DNA from: Gemmatimonadales bacterium
GTDB taxonomy: Bacteria > Gemmatimonadota > Gemmatimonadetes > Gemmatimonadales > GWC2-71-9
Assembly: GCA_035699205.1 (NCBI GenBank)
Contig: DASSBA010000011.1
Location: 1,339 to 65,338 of the forward strand
DNA length: 64,000 nt
Reading direction: 5' to 3'
Of this stretch, positions 17,841-26,937 are shown one piece after another. Within the stretch, counting starts at the first letter, position 1. Each line of letters begins with the position of its first letter. The translations under genes were made by a program, and so were the position numbers. The notes below the pieces were generated by a model. It was not told where the DNA came from and made no database searches. It was given only the letters and a program-made list of their open reading frames with translations.

Positions 17841-19145
17841 TCAGCCTCCGCGGGCGCCGAGGGTGGCGCGAAGCGTGGTGACCGCGTTGCCGCGCCGCAC
17901 CACGATGCTCACCGTGTCGCCCGGCTGGTGGCTCCGCAGCGCATCGGTCATGGCCTGCAGGTCGGGTACGTTCATGTCCCCGATTTTCGTGATGATGTCG
18001 TCGCCCCGGAGCCCGGCCTGCTCCGCCGGGCTCCCGGCGCGCACGCCCAGCAGGCGAACGCCGCCCGGACTGTCCGTCATGTCGGGCACTGTGCCGAGAT
18101 AGGCGCCGTACCCCGCGCTCGACGAGGCGCGGGGCGCGAGCGAGGTTGGGGTCGCGACCACCGGGGTCAGCGGCCGGGGGCGGTTGGCCAGTGCGGTGAT
18201 CAGGCCGGTCGTGAAAGCCGCCACCTGCTCGAAACCCCGGACGTTGATCTTTTCCCAGTCGTCGGTGGTCCGGTGGTAGTCCTCGTGCAGGTCGGTGAAG
18301 AAGTGCAGCACGGGCAAGCCCGCGGCATAGAATGACGACTGATCGCTGGGGCCATAGCCGTCGCCCTGAGCCCTGAGGTCGAGCCCTGCGTGCCAGTTGA
18401 GCGAGTCGAGCAGGGCCGGGAACTCCCGGGCGGTGCGCGAGCCGTAGACGATCAGCCGCCTCTGCCTCAGACGCCCGACCATGTCGAGATTGATCATGGC
18501 CAGGGTGGTGGAGAGAGGATAGACCGGGTGCTTCACGTAGTACGAGGAGCCGAGCAGGCCCAGCTCTTCCCCGCTGAACGCGATGAACACCACGGTGCGC
18601 GCGGGGGGCGTGGAGTCCAGCCGGGCGGCAATCTCGATCAGCATCGCCGCGCCCGAGGCGTTGTCGTCGGCGCCGTTGTGCACCTTCCCGGTGCTGTCGG
18701 GATCGAGGCTCCCGAAGCCGCCGAGGCCCAGGTGGTCATAGTGCGCGCCGACGATCACGGCCTCGTTCCGAAGTACGGGGTCCCGGCCCGGCAGCACCCC
18801 GATCACGTTGCGGCCCGTGAGCCCCGCGACATGGGCGTGCTGCGCGACCGGCGCGTCGCGTTCCACGGTGAACGTCTGGAACCAGCCACCTGCCGCGGGC
18901 TGGAGCCCGATCGCCCCGAACCGCCGTGCCAGGTAGGCCGCCGCGGTGTCGGCGCCGGGGCTCCCGGTGAGTCGTCCGGCCAGGCCGGGGTCGCTCAGGA
19001 ACTTGATGTCGTCGATGGGCAGGACCCGCGGACGGACCGGCGGCGGGACCTCCCGCGGCAGGGTCCCGAACTGCGCGTCCAGGCGCGGCGCCATGAGCAG
19101 GGCGACCAGGGTGAGCAGAGCAACGGATGAGAGTCGTGCCGGCAT
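17841..19145 (-). CDS. Secreted M28 family aminopeptidase with C-terminal PDZ domain
   Basis: Track ORF trimmed to MPARLSSVALLTLVALLMAP (signal peptide). Motifs: VIVGAHYDHLG, GADDNASGAAMLIEIA, FIAFSGEELGLLGS. The C-terminal GVRAGSPAEQAGLRGDDIITKIGD is a PDZ domain. Confidence 0.85.
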   Translation of the reverse strand: MPARLSSVALLTLVALLMAPRLDAQFGTLPREVPPPVRPRVLPIDDIKFLSDPGLAGRLTGSPGADTAAAYLARRFGAIGLQPAAGGWFQTFTVERDAPVAQHAHVAGLTGRNVIGVLPGRDPVLRNEAVIVGAHYDHLGLGGFGSLDPDSTGKVHNGADDNASGAAMLIEIAARLDSTPPARTVVFIAFSGEELGLLGSSYYVKHPVYPLSTTLAMINLDMVGRLRQRRLIVYGSRTAREFPALLDSLNWHAGLDLRAQGDGYGPSDQSSFYAAGLPVLHFFTDLHEDYHRTTDDWEKINVRGFEQVAAFTTGLITALANRPRPLTPVVATPTSLAPRASSSAGYGAYLGTVPDMTDSPGGVRLLGVRAGSPAEQAGLRGDDIITKIGDMNVPDLQAMTDALRSHQPGDTVSIVVRRGNAVTTLRATLGARGG

Positions 19146-19168
19146 ACGCCCGAAGAATAGTACCGGAC

Positions 19169-20239
19169 TCAGCGCGGCACGAAATCCGTATCGGGCGCGA
19201 GTCGCCGCGCGAACGCCGCCAGCAGCCGCGCCGTGCGGTCGAGGTCCTCGATTGCGACCATTTCGTTGGGGCTGTGCATGTATCGGTTGGGCACCGACAC
19301 GAGCGCCGTGGCCACGCCGCGGTGGGCATTGAAGATGGCCTCGGCGTCGGTGTGGGTGTCGCGCGAGGCGGCCTCGATGGCGTAGGGGATCTGCTCCGCC
19401 TCCGCCGCTTCGGCCAGGCGCTCGAATACGATCTCGCTGACCGACGCCCCGCGCGAGAGCACCGGCCCGCCGCCGAGTCGGTAGTCGCCGTGGCGCCGCT
19501 TGTCGATCCCCGGATAGTCGGTCGCGTGGGTCACGTCCACCACGATCGCCACGTCGGGCTCCAGCGTCGCCGCCGACGAGCGCGCCCCCCCACCCGTCGC
19601 GGCGATTTCCTCCCGGGTCGTCGCGACAGCAGTCACCGCGGCGGCAGGGTGGGCGCCGTCCGCCAGTTGCCGCAGTGCCTCGAGCACCACGAAGGCGCCG
19701 ATGCGGTTGTCGATGCACCGGCTGACGAGCCGGCCGTTGGGGAACTCCAGCACCCCTGCCGCCAGCACTCCCGGGTCACCGATCCGGAGCCGGCGTTCCG
19801 CTTCGGCGCGGCTGGTGGCTCCCACGTCGATCCAGAGCTCCTCCACCTTGGAGACCTTTTCCCGGTCCTCCTTTTCCATCAGGTGGACGGCCTTCTTGCC
19901 GACGACGCCCGCCACCGGCCCCTCGCGACCCAGCAGCCGCACCCGCTGGCCCACGAACACCTGATGATCCCAGCCGCCGATCGGGTCGAAGCTGACATAG
20001 CCCTCGTCGTCGATGTGGCTCACCATGATCCCGATCTCGTCGATGTGGCCGGCGAACATCACCCGTGGCCGGCCGTCGCCGTTGAGCGTGGCGAACGAGT
20101 TGCCGGCCACGTCGGCGCGCACGCCGTCCGCGAACCGCTCGGCCTCCGTCCGCCACACCCGCGCGGGAGCGGCTTCGAACGCGGAGGGACCGGGCGTGTC
20201 GAGCAGGGACTTGAGAAATGCCAGCGATTCGGGTGTCAT
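19169..20239 (-). CDS. M42 family peptidase (FrvX/glutamyl aminopeptidase-like)
   Basis: 356 aa. Motifs: LLDTPGPSAFE, MFAGHIDEIGIMVSHIDDEGY, CIDNRIGAFVV, HSPNEMV. Confidence 0.9.
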   Translation of the reverse strand: MTPESLAFLKSLLDTPGPSAFEAAPARVWRTEAERFADGVRADVAGNSFATLNGDGRPRVMFAGHIDEIGIMVSHIDDEGYVSFDPIGGWDHQVFVGQRVRLLGREGPVAGVVGKKAVHLMEKEDREKVSKVEELWIDVGATSRAEAERRLRIGDPGVLAAGVLEFPNGRLVSRCIDNRIGAFVVLEALRQLADGAHPAAAVTAVATTREEIAATGGGARSSAATLEPDVAIVVDVTHATDYPGIDKRRHGDYRLGGGPVLSRGASVSEIVFERLAEAAEAEQIPYAIEAASRDTHTDAEAIFNAHRGVATALVSVPNRYMHSPNEMVAIEDLDRTARLLAAFARRLAPDTDFVPR

Positions 20240-20308
20240 CTCGGTGGGGGTTGGGGAGCGCCAAAGGTCGCGTACCGGAGGCTCGAAGTCCAGCCGCCGA
20301 CTGCCACC

Positions 20309-20731
20309 TCAGCGCTCGGCCAGCCGGCTCGGCCGGTAGCTGGCGAAGAACAGCAGGCCGATGAACGGCGCGAGCAGCGTCCGGAAGTCACGGGTGAGAG
20401 TGTAGGCGATGACGCCGAGCAGTGTCGGCGCCTCGACGAGGGCCCAGATGACCACCACCCGGCCGAGATTCGATTGCCACCATTCGTCCGTCGGCGCGCC
20501 CCGGCGCGGCCCCGGCAGCCGGGCCGCGCTGAACATGGCGGCCCCGAACAGCGTGGCGCTCACGAGCGCGAGGCCGATGTAGAGCACTCGCCGATCCGGC
20601 AGCGCCTCGGCCGGCAGGGAGTGATCGCGGAGCGCCCACGCCAGCGCCCCGAAGGCGAGAATGCCCATGACCAGTGCGCCATATATGATGCGTGCGTGGA
20701 TCGAGGGCGAGCCCTGCGTCGTCGGCGGCAT
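20309..20731 (-). CDS. Hypothetical membrane protein (4 predicted TM)
   Basis: 140-aa ORF with hydrophobic segments, located directly downstream of the OPT gene. Confidence 0.5.
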   Translation of the reverse strand: MPPTTQGSPSIHARIIYGALVMGILAFGALAWALRDHSLPAEALPDRRVLYIGLALVSATLFGAAMFSAARLPGPRRGAPTDEWWQSNLGRVVVIWALVEAPTLLGVIAYTLTRDFRTLLAPFIGLLFFASYRPSRLAER

Positions 20732-20734
20732 CGC

Positions 20735-22936
20735 TCAGCGCCGCGCGACGCGGTAGAGCACCGCCGCCATGGCGGCGAACGCCGCGAGCGCGACGAGATC
20801 GTACTGGGCGACGGGGCCGAGCGCGGTCTCGAGGCCGGCCGCGTGCGCCAGATAGTCCGCCGCCGCGACGTGTGCCGCGTCCGCCTGCCGCACCAGCGCC
20901 GCCGCGATCCCCGCCACCGCGATGCCCGCCAGCGCCCCGCCGGCAATGAGTCCGCTGGCGAACAGCACGCCGGGTCCGGACTCGACCTCGGCGATGGACC
21001 GCTCGGCGCCGCGGGCGTTCCGCTCCATCAGCCAGCGCACCGCGCCGCCCGCGAACATCGCCGACGAGGTCGAGATCGGGAGGTACACCCCGACCGCGAT
21101 GGGGAGCGACTGGAGGCCCATGAGCTCGATGGCCAGCGTGAGGAAGACCCCGATCAGCACCAGCCCCCAGGGAAGCTTCCGGGTCAGGATCCCGTCGGTG
21201 ACGAGCGCCATGATCGTCGCCTTGGGCGAGTCGAGCTTGGTGATCGGCCGCCCGTCGATCTCGCGCACCCGTCCGCCGATGCCGGGGTCCACGAGATAGG
21301 CGACCTCGCGCGTCGCGGGATCGATCAGGTACTTGCCCGGCTGCACGCCCTCGACCGGCAGGTTCACGCGCACTACCTCCCACTCCCTGCCGTCGTGCCG
21401 CATCCGCTCGCCGAGCGCGGTGACCGAGCGGCCCACCGCCTCCGGCGGCGAGGCCTGCAGCGCGACGCCGGGATGCCGCTCCGGCAGGATCGTGGTGTAG
21501 GTCTGGTTGAGCAGCGTGAGCGTCCAGCCGATGACCAGGGCCGACGTCACCGCGCCGACCATGATCGCGAGCTGCTGGCGACGCGGGGTCGCCCCCACGA
21601 GGAAGCCGGTCTTGAGGTCCTGGCTGGTGGCGCCCGCGTTCCCCGCCGCCACCGCGATGACCGCCGCGATGGAGATGGCGCCCACCCGGTGGTCCACGCC
21701 GGTCCAGCCGATGAGCAGGAAGATGGCCGCCGTGCCGATCAGCGCCGCGATGGTCATCCCCGAGATCGGGTTCGCGCTCGAGCCGATCTCGCCGGTGATG
21801 CGCGAGGAGACCACCACGAAGAAGAAGCCGAACAGGATGATGAGCACGGCGCCGAGCAGGTTCACGGCGAGCTGGGGCAGCACCGTCAGGAACAGCGCGA
21901 GGGCGACGGCGCCCGCCACCGTCACCCACACCGGCAGATCGAGGTCGGTGCGGAGCCGCGCCGCCCGCTCGCCGATGCTGCCCCGGAGGTCCTGGAACCC
22001 GGAGCGGAACGCGGCGACGATGGTGGGGAGCGCCCGGATCAGCGCGATGATCCCCGCCGTGGCCACCGCCCCCGCGCCGATGTAGAACACGAAGTTGGCC
22101 CGGACCTCGTTCGGGCTCATGTCGGCGATGAGCTTGGTCTCGGCGAAGATCGGTTGGGTGAGCCCGCTGCCGAAGAGCTTGATGGCGGGGATGAGCACCA
22201 GGTAGGCGAGACAGCCGCCGGAGAAGAGGTAGCCGGCGATTCGCGGGCCGATGATGTACCCCACGCCCAGCAGCTCCGGCGAGACCTCCGCCGAGATCGA
22301 CGCCCCCTTGTACGAGGTCGACACCCAGCCCGGATACTCCTTCCAGGCCTTGAGCCCCGACATCAGGAACTTGTAGGCAAACGCCAGCCCGAACGCCTGG
22401 AACAGCAGGCGTGCCTGGAGTCCGCCCTTCTCGCCGGCCACGAGGACCTCGGCGCAGGCGGTGCCCTCCGGATACGTCAGCCGGCCGTGCTCCTTCACGA
22501 TGAGCGCCCGGCGGAGCGGAATCATCATCAGGATGCCCAGCAGGCCGCCCACCACCGCGATCACCGCCACCTTGCCCACGCTCAGGTCGTAGCCCATGAG
22601 CAGGATGGCGGGAAGCGTGAACACGATGCCCGCAGCGATCGACTCGCCGGCGGAGCCGGTGGTCTGGACGATGTTGTTCTCCAGGATCGTCGAGCGGCCG
22701 AGGGTCCGGAAGAATGCCACCGAGAGCACCGCGATCGGGATCGACGCGGAGACCGTGAGGCCGATCTTGAGCGCCAGGTACACGCTCGAGGCGGCGAAGA
22801 CGATGCCGAGAATGGCGCCAAGGATGAGGGCGCGGAGGGTCAGCTCGGCGGGTGATTGGGACGGCGGGACAAACGGCTGGAACCCCGGACTCTCGGCGGA
22901 GCCGTCCGGTGGCAGCGGTCGGGTCTGAGTCGCCAT
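20735..22936 (-). CDS. Oligopeptide transporter, OPT family
   Basis: 733 aa. Motifs: ELTLRALILGAILGIVFAASSVYLALKIGLTVSASIPIAVLS, NNIVQTTGSAGESIAAG, GEIGSSANPISGMT. The long antisense track ORFs here are shadows. Confidence 0.9.
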   Translation of the reverse strand: MATQTRPLPPDGSAESPGFQPFVPPSQSPAELTLRALILGAILGIVFAASSVYLALKIGLTVSASIPIAVLSVAFFRTLGRSTILENNIVQTTGSAGESIAAGIVFTLPAILLMGYDLSVGKVAVIAVVGGLLGILMMIPLRRALIVKEHGRLTYPEGTACAEVLVAGEKGGLQARLLFQAFGLAFAYKFLMSGLKAWKEYPGWVSTSYKGASISAEVSPELLGVGYIIGPRIAGYLFSGGCLAYLVLIPAIKLFGSGLTQPIFAETKLIADMSPNEVRANFVFYIGAGAVATAGIIALIRALPTIVAAFRSGFQDLRGSIGERAARLRTDLDLPVWVTVAGAVALALFLTVLPQLAVNLLGAVLIILFGFFFVVVSSRITGEIGSSANPISGMTIAALIGTAAIFLLIGWTGVDHRVGAISIAAVIAVAAGNAGATSQDLKTGFLVGATPRRQQLAIMVGAVTSALVIGWTLTLLNQTYTTILPERHPGVALQASPPEAVGRSVTALGERMRHDGREWEVVRVNLPVEGVQPGKYLIDPATREVAYLVDPGIGGRVREIDGRPITKLDSPKATIMALVTDGILTRKLPWGLVLIGVFLTLAIELMGLQSLPIAVGVYLPISTSSAMFAGGAVRWLMERNARGAERSIAEVESGPGVLFASGLIAGGALAGIAVAGIAAALVRQADAAHVAAADYLAHAAGLETALGPVAQYDLVALAAFAAMAAVLYRVARR

Positions 22937-23202
22937 GCAACTCCTCGGGAGCGTGTCGCCTGCTGCGGACTCAGGAAGGTACGGACGGGAAACGAGCGCG
23001 TCCAGCGCCGGTCGACGTCGGTGAGCGTCGGGCCTGGAGACAACCCCGCCAAGCGCAGCAACTTACATGCGTGCCCGTCCCTCGCCCAATCGCGCGCACG
23101 AGAGCCCCGTGACTGCGCTCACCGCGCCGGTTCACGTCGCGGTGTACTCTCGTGACTCGCAGCCCCGTGACAGGAACCCACTCGAACTGCCGGGAGGCCG
23201 TC

Positions 23203-23352
23203 ATGCTGTGGACCATCTTCATCATCCTGCTGGTGCTCTGGCTGCTGGGCATGGTGTCGTCCTATACCCTCGGCGGCTTCATCCACGTGTTGCTGGTCGT
23301 CGCGATCGTCATCGCGCTCATCCAGTTGATCCAGGGCAGGAGGGTCGTGTGA
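23203..23352 (+). CDS. Small membrane protein, lmo0937-like family
   Basis: 49 aa MLWTIFIILLVLWLLGMVSSYTLGGFIHVLLVVAIVIALIQLIQGRRVV. This matches my memory of the lmo0937-type two-helix miniproteins. Confidence 0.65.
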   Translation: MLWTIFIILLVLWLLGMVSSYTLGGFIHVLLVVAIVIALIQLIQGRRVV

Positions 23353-23570
23353 AGCCTGCCGGCATCGTGGGCATCGTGCTGATCCTGCTCGGCATCGCCG
23401 GACTGGCGTTCGGCGGCTTCTCCTTCACCCACAAGGAGAAGGTGCTCGATCTCGGACCGATCGAGGCCAGCGCGGACAAGAAGGAATCGCTGCCGATTCC
23501 GCCGATCCTCGGCGCGCTGGCGATCGTCGGCGGTGTGGTGCTGGTGGCCGTGAGCGCGCGCCGGGCCTGA
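23349..23570 (+). CDS. Small two-TM membrane protein
   Basis: GTG 23349 overlaps the previous stop (GTGA). Sequence: VKPAGIVGIVLILLGIAGLAFGGFSFTHKEKVLDLGPIEASADKKESLPIPPILGALAIVGGVVLVAVSARRA. Confidence 0.55.
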   Translation: MKPAGIVGIVLILLGIAGLAFGGFSFTHKEKVLDLGPIEASADKKESLPIPPILGALAIVGGVVLVAVSARRA

Positions 23571-23575
23571 GCTGA

Positions 23576-23610
23576 CCACCTCATCCCGAGCGCGGCTCGG
23601 GATGAGGTGG
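23576..23610. repeat. Perfect 16-bp stem / 3-nt loop hairpin (REP-like or terminator) sharing a 13-nt core with the GIY-YIG inverted repeats
   Basis: CCACCTCATCCCGAGC gcg GCTCGGGATGAGGTGG, 6 nt after the stop at 23570. TCATCCCGAGCGC is identical to 61937-61949. Confidence 0.8.
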
Positions 23611-23742
23611 GTTCCCTACGAATCGTCGCTGCTCCCCCACGCAGAACCAGCCGGCTCCTCGCATCGTTCACTGGACGGCGCGGCATGCCCGCCGCCGCCG
23701 GAGGCTGGCGTCCATCGGCCATGCCATGCATAAGTAGGAGAC

Positions 23743-24393
23743 ATGCCCCACTCCGTGCCTCCCCGCCCGGGTGATGCCGCTCCGCCGGACGGCGCGCCAG
23801 GCAGTGGCCGCAGGCTCACCCTTGCGGCCGAGGCCTCGCTCCGCCGCCGGCTGGTCGCGCGCGACGAGCAGGCGCTCGTGGAGCTGATCGAGGTGGCCAG
23901 CCCGTGGCTCCTGGGCCTCACCCAATCCATGTTGAGCGATCCGGACGAAGCGGAGGAGGTCGTGCTGGAGGTGTTCGCCACGGCATGGAATCGGACCGGC
24001 AGTCTGGGCGATGAGCACGAGAGCCTGCTGCCCTGGCTGCTCCGGATCGCGCGGAATCGTGCGATCGACCGGCTCCGGCGCCGGCGCCGCTGGCGGCTCA
24101 AGCTGGCACGCGCGGACGCCTACGGCGAGCTGACACCCACGCAGGTGCGCCCGGTCGAGGTGGATGAAGCCGGACGCCCGGGCTGGCATGTGCACCAATC
24201 GGTTCACGCGGCGCTTGCGGCGCTGCCCGATGAGCAGCGCGAGGCGGTGCGGCTGGCCTATTTCCGCGGGCTCACCCACTCCGAGATCGCGCGCGAGCTC
24301 GGCATCCCGGTGGGTACGGTCAAGACCCGGCTTCGTCTCGCATTCGGGAAGCTCAGGGCCTCGCTCGCGCCGATCAAGGACTGGGTCCTGTGA
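23743..24393 (+). CDS. ECF-type RNA polymerase sigma-70 factor
   Basis: Region 2 WLLRIARNRAIDRLRRR and region 4 LPDEQREAVRLAYFRGLTHSEIARELGIPVGTVKTRL. The start may be later than 23743. Confidence 0.9.
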   Translation: MPHSVPPRPGDAAPPDGAPGSGRRLTLAAEASLRRRLVARDEQALVELIEVASPWLLGLTQSMLSDPDEAEEVVLEVFATAWNRTGSLGDEHESLLPWLLRIARNRAIDRLRRRRRWRLKLARADAYGELTPTQVRPVEVDEAGRPGWHVHQSVHAALAALPDEQREAVRLAYFRGLTHSEIARELGIPVGTVKTRLRLAFGKLRASLAPIKDWVL

Positions 24394-25115
24394 CCGCCCA
24401 CGACTGGTACGTCGAGAATCGCGCCGCCTATCTCGCCCGAAGCCTCGAGCCGGGCGAAGAACGCACGTTCCGGGATCACCTGGTGCGCTGCGACGAATGC
24501 GCGCGCGAGCTCGCCCGGCTGGAACGGGAGCTCGCGTGGCTGCCGATGGGAGTGGCGCCGGCGGCGCCCGCGCCGGGACTCGCGAGGCGGATGGCGGGAG
24601 AGATCCTGGACCGTCCGAGCCGGTGGCGGCGCCGCGTGCCGCTGGCCGCCGCCGCGGCGGTGACGCTGGTGGCCGCCGGCATGGCGCTGTCCGGTCGGAG
24701 CGAACGCCATGATCTGCGGGCACTGCTGACGGCGCGCGAGAACCAGCTCGCGGCGCTGCAGGACACGCTGTCGGTGCTCCGCCGCGCCCACCAGGTACTG
24801 CAGACGCGCATCTCGATGGATGGTCACCAGGGCGGACTGCTGATCTTCCAGGATGGGGTGTCGCACCGCTGGTGCGTCATCGTGCACGGTCTGCCGCCCG
24901 CGCCGGCCGGCAGTGTCTACCAGTTCTGGTTCATCACCGAAACCGGTATGGTCCGCTCGGCCGAGGTCAACGCCGACACGCAACGGCCCGCCTTCATGAC
25001 GCTGCCGATGCCGGGCGTCTCGGCGCCCGTCATGGGCGCGGCGCTCACGGTGGAGCCGGTGGTGAATCGCTCGAGTGAGCCCGAGGGGGTGACGCTGGCG
25101 CACCTGGTGTTCTAG
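24390..25115 (+). CDS. Anti-sigma factor (zf-HC2 N-terminus, RskA-like C-terminal domain)
   Basis: ATGA overlap with the sigma gene. HLVRCDECARE zinc-finger motif, one TM segment (VPLAAAAAVTLVAAGMAL), and the C-terminal GSVYQFWFI...ALTVEP typical of RskA. Confidence 0.8.
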   Translation: MTAHDWYVENRAAYLARSLEPGEERTFRDHLVRCDECARELARLERELAWLPMGVAPAAPAPGLARRMAGEILDRPSRWRRRVPLAAAAAVTLVAAGMALSGRSERHDLRALLTARENQLAALQDTLSVLRRAHQVLQTRISMDGHQGGLLIFQDGVSHRWCVIVHGLPPAPAGSVYQFWFITETGMVRSAEVNADTQRPAFMTLPMPGVSAPVMGAALTVEPVVNRSSEPEGVTLAHLVF

Positions 25116-25145
25116 GGGGGTCCGGCCTGGTCATCCGGATGCAGC

Positions 25146-26735
25146 CTAGTGTGTCGCCCCGCCCTCCGTCGAGTCCGGCTCCCTCGCGGCCGCCACCGGG
25201 GTGTCCGGTTCCGCGGTGACCGCCGGCGAGAACGATGGCACCGGCGTTTCCTCGCCACCGAGCTGCACCGGCGGCTGCGCTTCCACGGTATCGCTGGGGA
25301 TCACGACCCCGTTGGCCCCCAGGTCGCGGAAGAGCTTCCACTGTGCTTGGCGGGCGGCCCATGGCCGGGAGCCGTTGTACATGAGCGCGACCAGCAGCGT
25401 GCCCTCCGGCCGGCCGAGATAGCCGACGACCGTGGACACCTGGCCGAGGGTCCCGGTCTTGGCGCGGACGACGCCCTCCCCCGGGAAGCCGCTGTTGAGG
25501 CGATACAGCGTGCCGGTGCCGTTGGCCGGCAGCAGCATCGGGAAGTTGCGCCCCGCAGGGGTATTGGGAAACCGGGCCAGGTAGGTGACGAAGGTCTGCG
25601 GAGCGACCCGGTCGTCGTACGAAAGCCCGCTCCCGTCCACGAGGTAAACCCCATCGGCCGAGCCCACCACCTGGCGCACGTGCTCGGTGAGCAGCGCCGG
25701 CGCGTGATCGCGGCCGCCGGCCCACTGCAGCAGCAGCTCGGCCCCCAGATTGAGGCTGCGCCGGTTGATATCGCTCGCCAGCGAATCGAGCGGCGGCGAC
25801 GAGACCTCCGCCAGGATCTGGGGGCCGCCGGTGGGGGGCGGTCCGATGAAGGGTGAGGGATTCCACACGATCCCGGCGCGCTTGAGCGCGCTGGCCCACA
25901 CGGCGCTCAGCACGGCGCGGGGATCGCGAGTGGTGGCGGTGAGCCGGCGCGGCGCCGCGCGGACGCCGATGGTCCCGGCTACCACCCAGCCACCGTCCCG
26001 GCGACTCCGCAGCACCAGCCGGGACCGGCGGCCGGCGCGGGTGGTGGCCGTGACGCTCACCCTGGAGCCGATCCCCTCCGGCGCGGTCTCGATGATTTTC
26101 GCGCGCCGGCCCGCGCGGCTTCCCGGCTGCACCGTGACCCAGATGACGTTCTCGTGCAGCGTCAGCGGCCCGACGAGCGGGGCGAAGATCCGGCCCTGGT
26201 GCCGCGGCGACCAGACGGCGGGATAGAGCGCATTGGCGGGACCGTTGGCACTCTGGAGTTGCAGCGGGCCGGTGAGCTTGCGGACCCCGGAGCCGGCCAG
26301 CTGCAGGGCCAGGTCATACAGCGTCGGGCCGGAGCCGCCGGCCCCTAACGATGGATCGCCGTTCACCTCCAGCGCCCAGCTCCCGATCCATTCGCCACTG
26401 GCCGCGTCGAGAGACCCCACGCCCACCACGCGCGTGGGCCGCCGCGCCGTGCCGCCCAGGACGCTTCGGGCGAACCCCGTGGTGAACAGCTTCACGGTGG
26501 AGGCCGGCATCAGCGGCTGATCGGGGTTGACGCTCCACAGCATCCGGCCCGACTCGTCCGCCACCGCGATCCCCCACTGGCCCGGTGCCGAATGGCTCGT
26601 GCGCTGGTACCAGGCGTCGAGCCGCCCGATCAACCAGGGCGCGTCAGTTTGCGCCAGCAGCGGTGCCGCGGTGACCTGCAGACAGGCCAGCAGTGCCCAG
26701 GACCGGGTGTGGCGGCGGAACGACGAAAGGGGCAC
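25146..26735 (-). CDS. dacB: D-alanyl-D-alanine carboxypeptidase/endopeptidase (PBP4, peptidase S13)
   Basis: Motifs: PASTVKLFT (SxxK), VDGSGLS (SxN-like), RAKTGTL (KTG). The start is set at GTG 26735 to give a normal signal peptide; the track start is 26816. Confidence 0.83.
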   Translation of the reverse strand: MPLSSFRRHTRSWALLACLQVTAAPLLAQTDAPWLIGRLDAWYQRTSHSAPGQWGIAVADESGRMLWSVNPDQPLMPASTVKLFTTGFARSVLGGTARRPTRVVGVGSLDAASGEWIGSWALEVNGDPSLGAGGSGPTLYDLALQLAGSGVRKLTGPLQLQSANGPANALYPAVWSPRHQGRIFAPLVGPLTLHENVIWVTVQPGSRAGRRAKIIETAPEGIGSRVSVTATTRAGRRSRLVLRSRRDGGWVVAGTIGVRAAPRRLTATTRDPRAVLSAVWASALKRAGIVWNPSPFIGPPPTGGPQILAEVSSPPLDSLASDINRRSLNLGAELLLQWAGGRDHAPALLTEHVRQVVGSADGVYLVDGSGLSYDDRVAPQTFVTYLARFPNTPAGRNFPMLLPANGTGTLYRLNSGFPGEGVVRAKTGTLGQVSTVVGYLGRPEGTLLVALMYNGSRPWAARQAQWKLFRDLGANGVVIPSDTVEAQPPVQLGGEETPVPSFSPAVTAEPDTPVAAAREPDSTEGGATH

Positions 26736-26937
26736 GAGGCATCCGGAAAATGGTGAGACGTCCTGACACGAGCGGCCGAAAGTATCGCCCGGGGCGGCTG
26801 CGCCTGTCAAGTGCATAAAGCCATGGTCAACATCGATTTACCCGCGATTGCCCGGCCATGGCGCAGGGCCCGGTGGCCCCGGCCGGACCGAGCAAGCGCG
26901 TGCAAGTCCCGCGCCCTCCTCACCCGCTGGCCGCTGA

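Noticed and set aside
19127-22855. 1242-aa plus-strand ORF (plus the 850-aa alternative-frame ORF 20388-22940)
   Set aside because: It runs antisense or out of frame to the clearly homologous M42 peptidase and OPT transporter genes. The translation is an Arg/Gly/Pro/Asp-rich low-complexity string typical of shadow ORFs in high-GC DNA.
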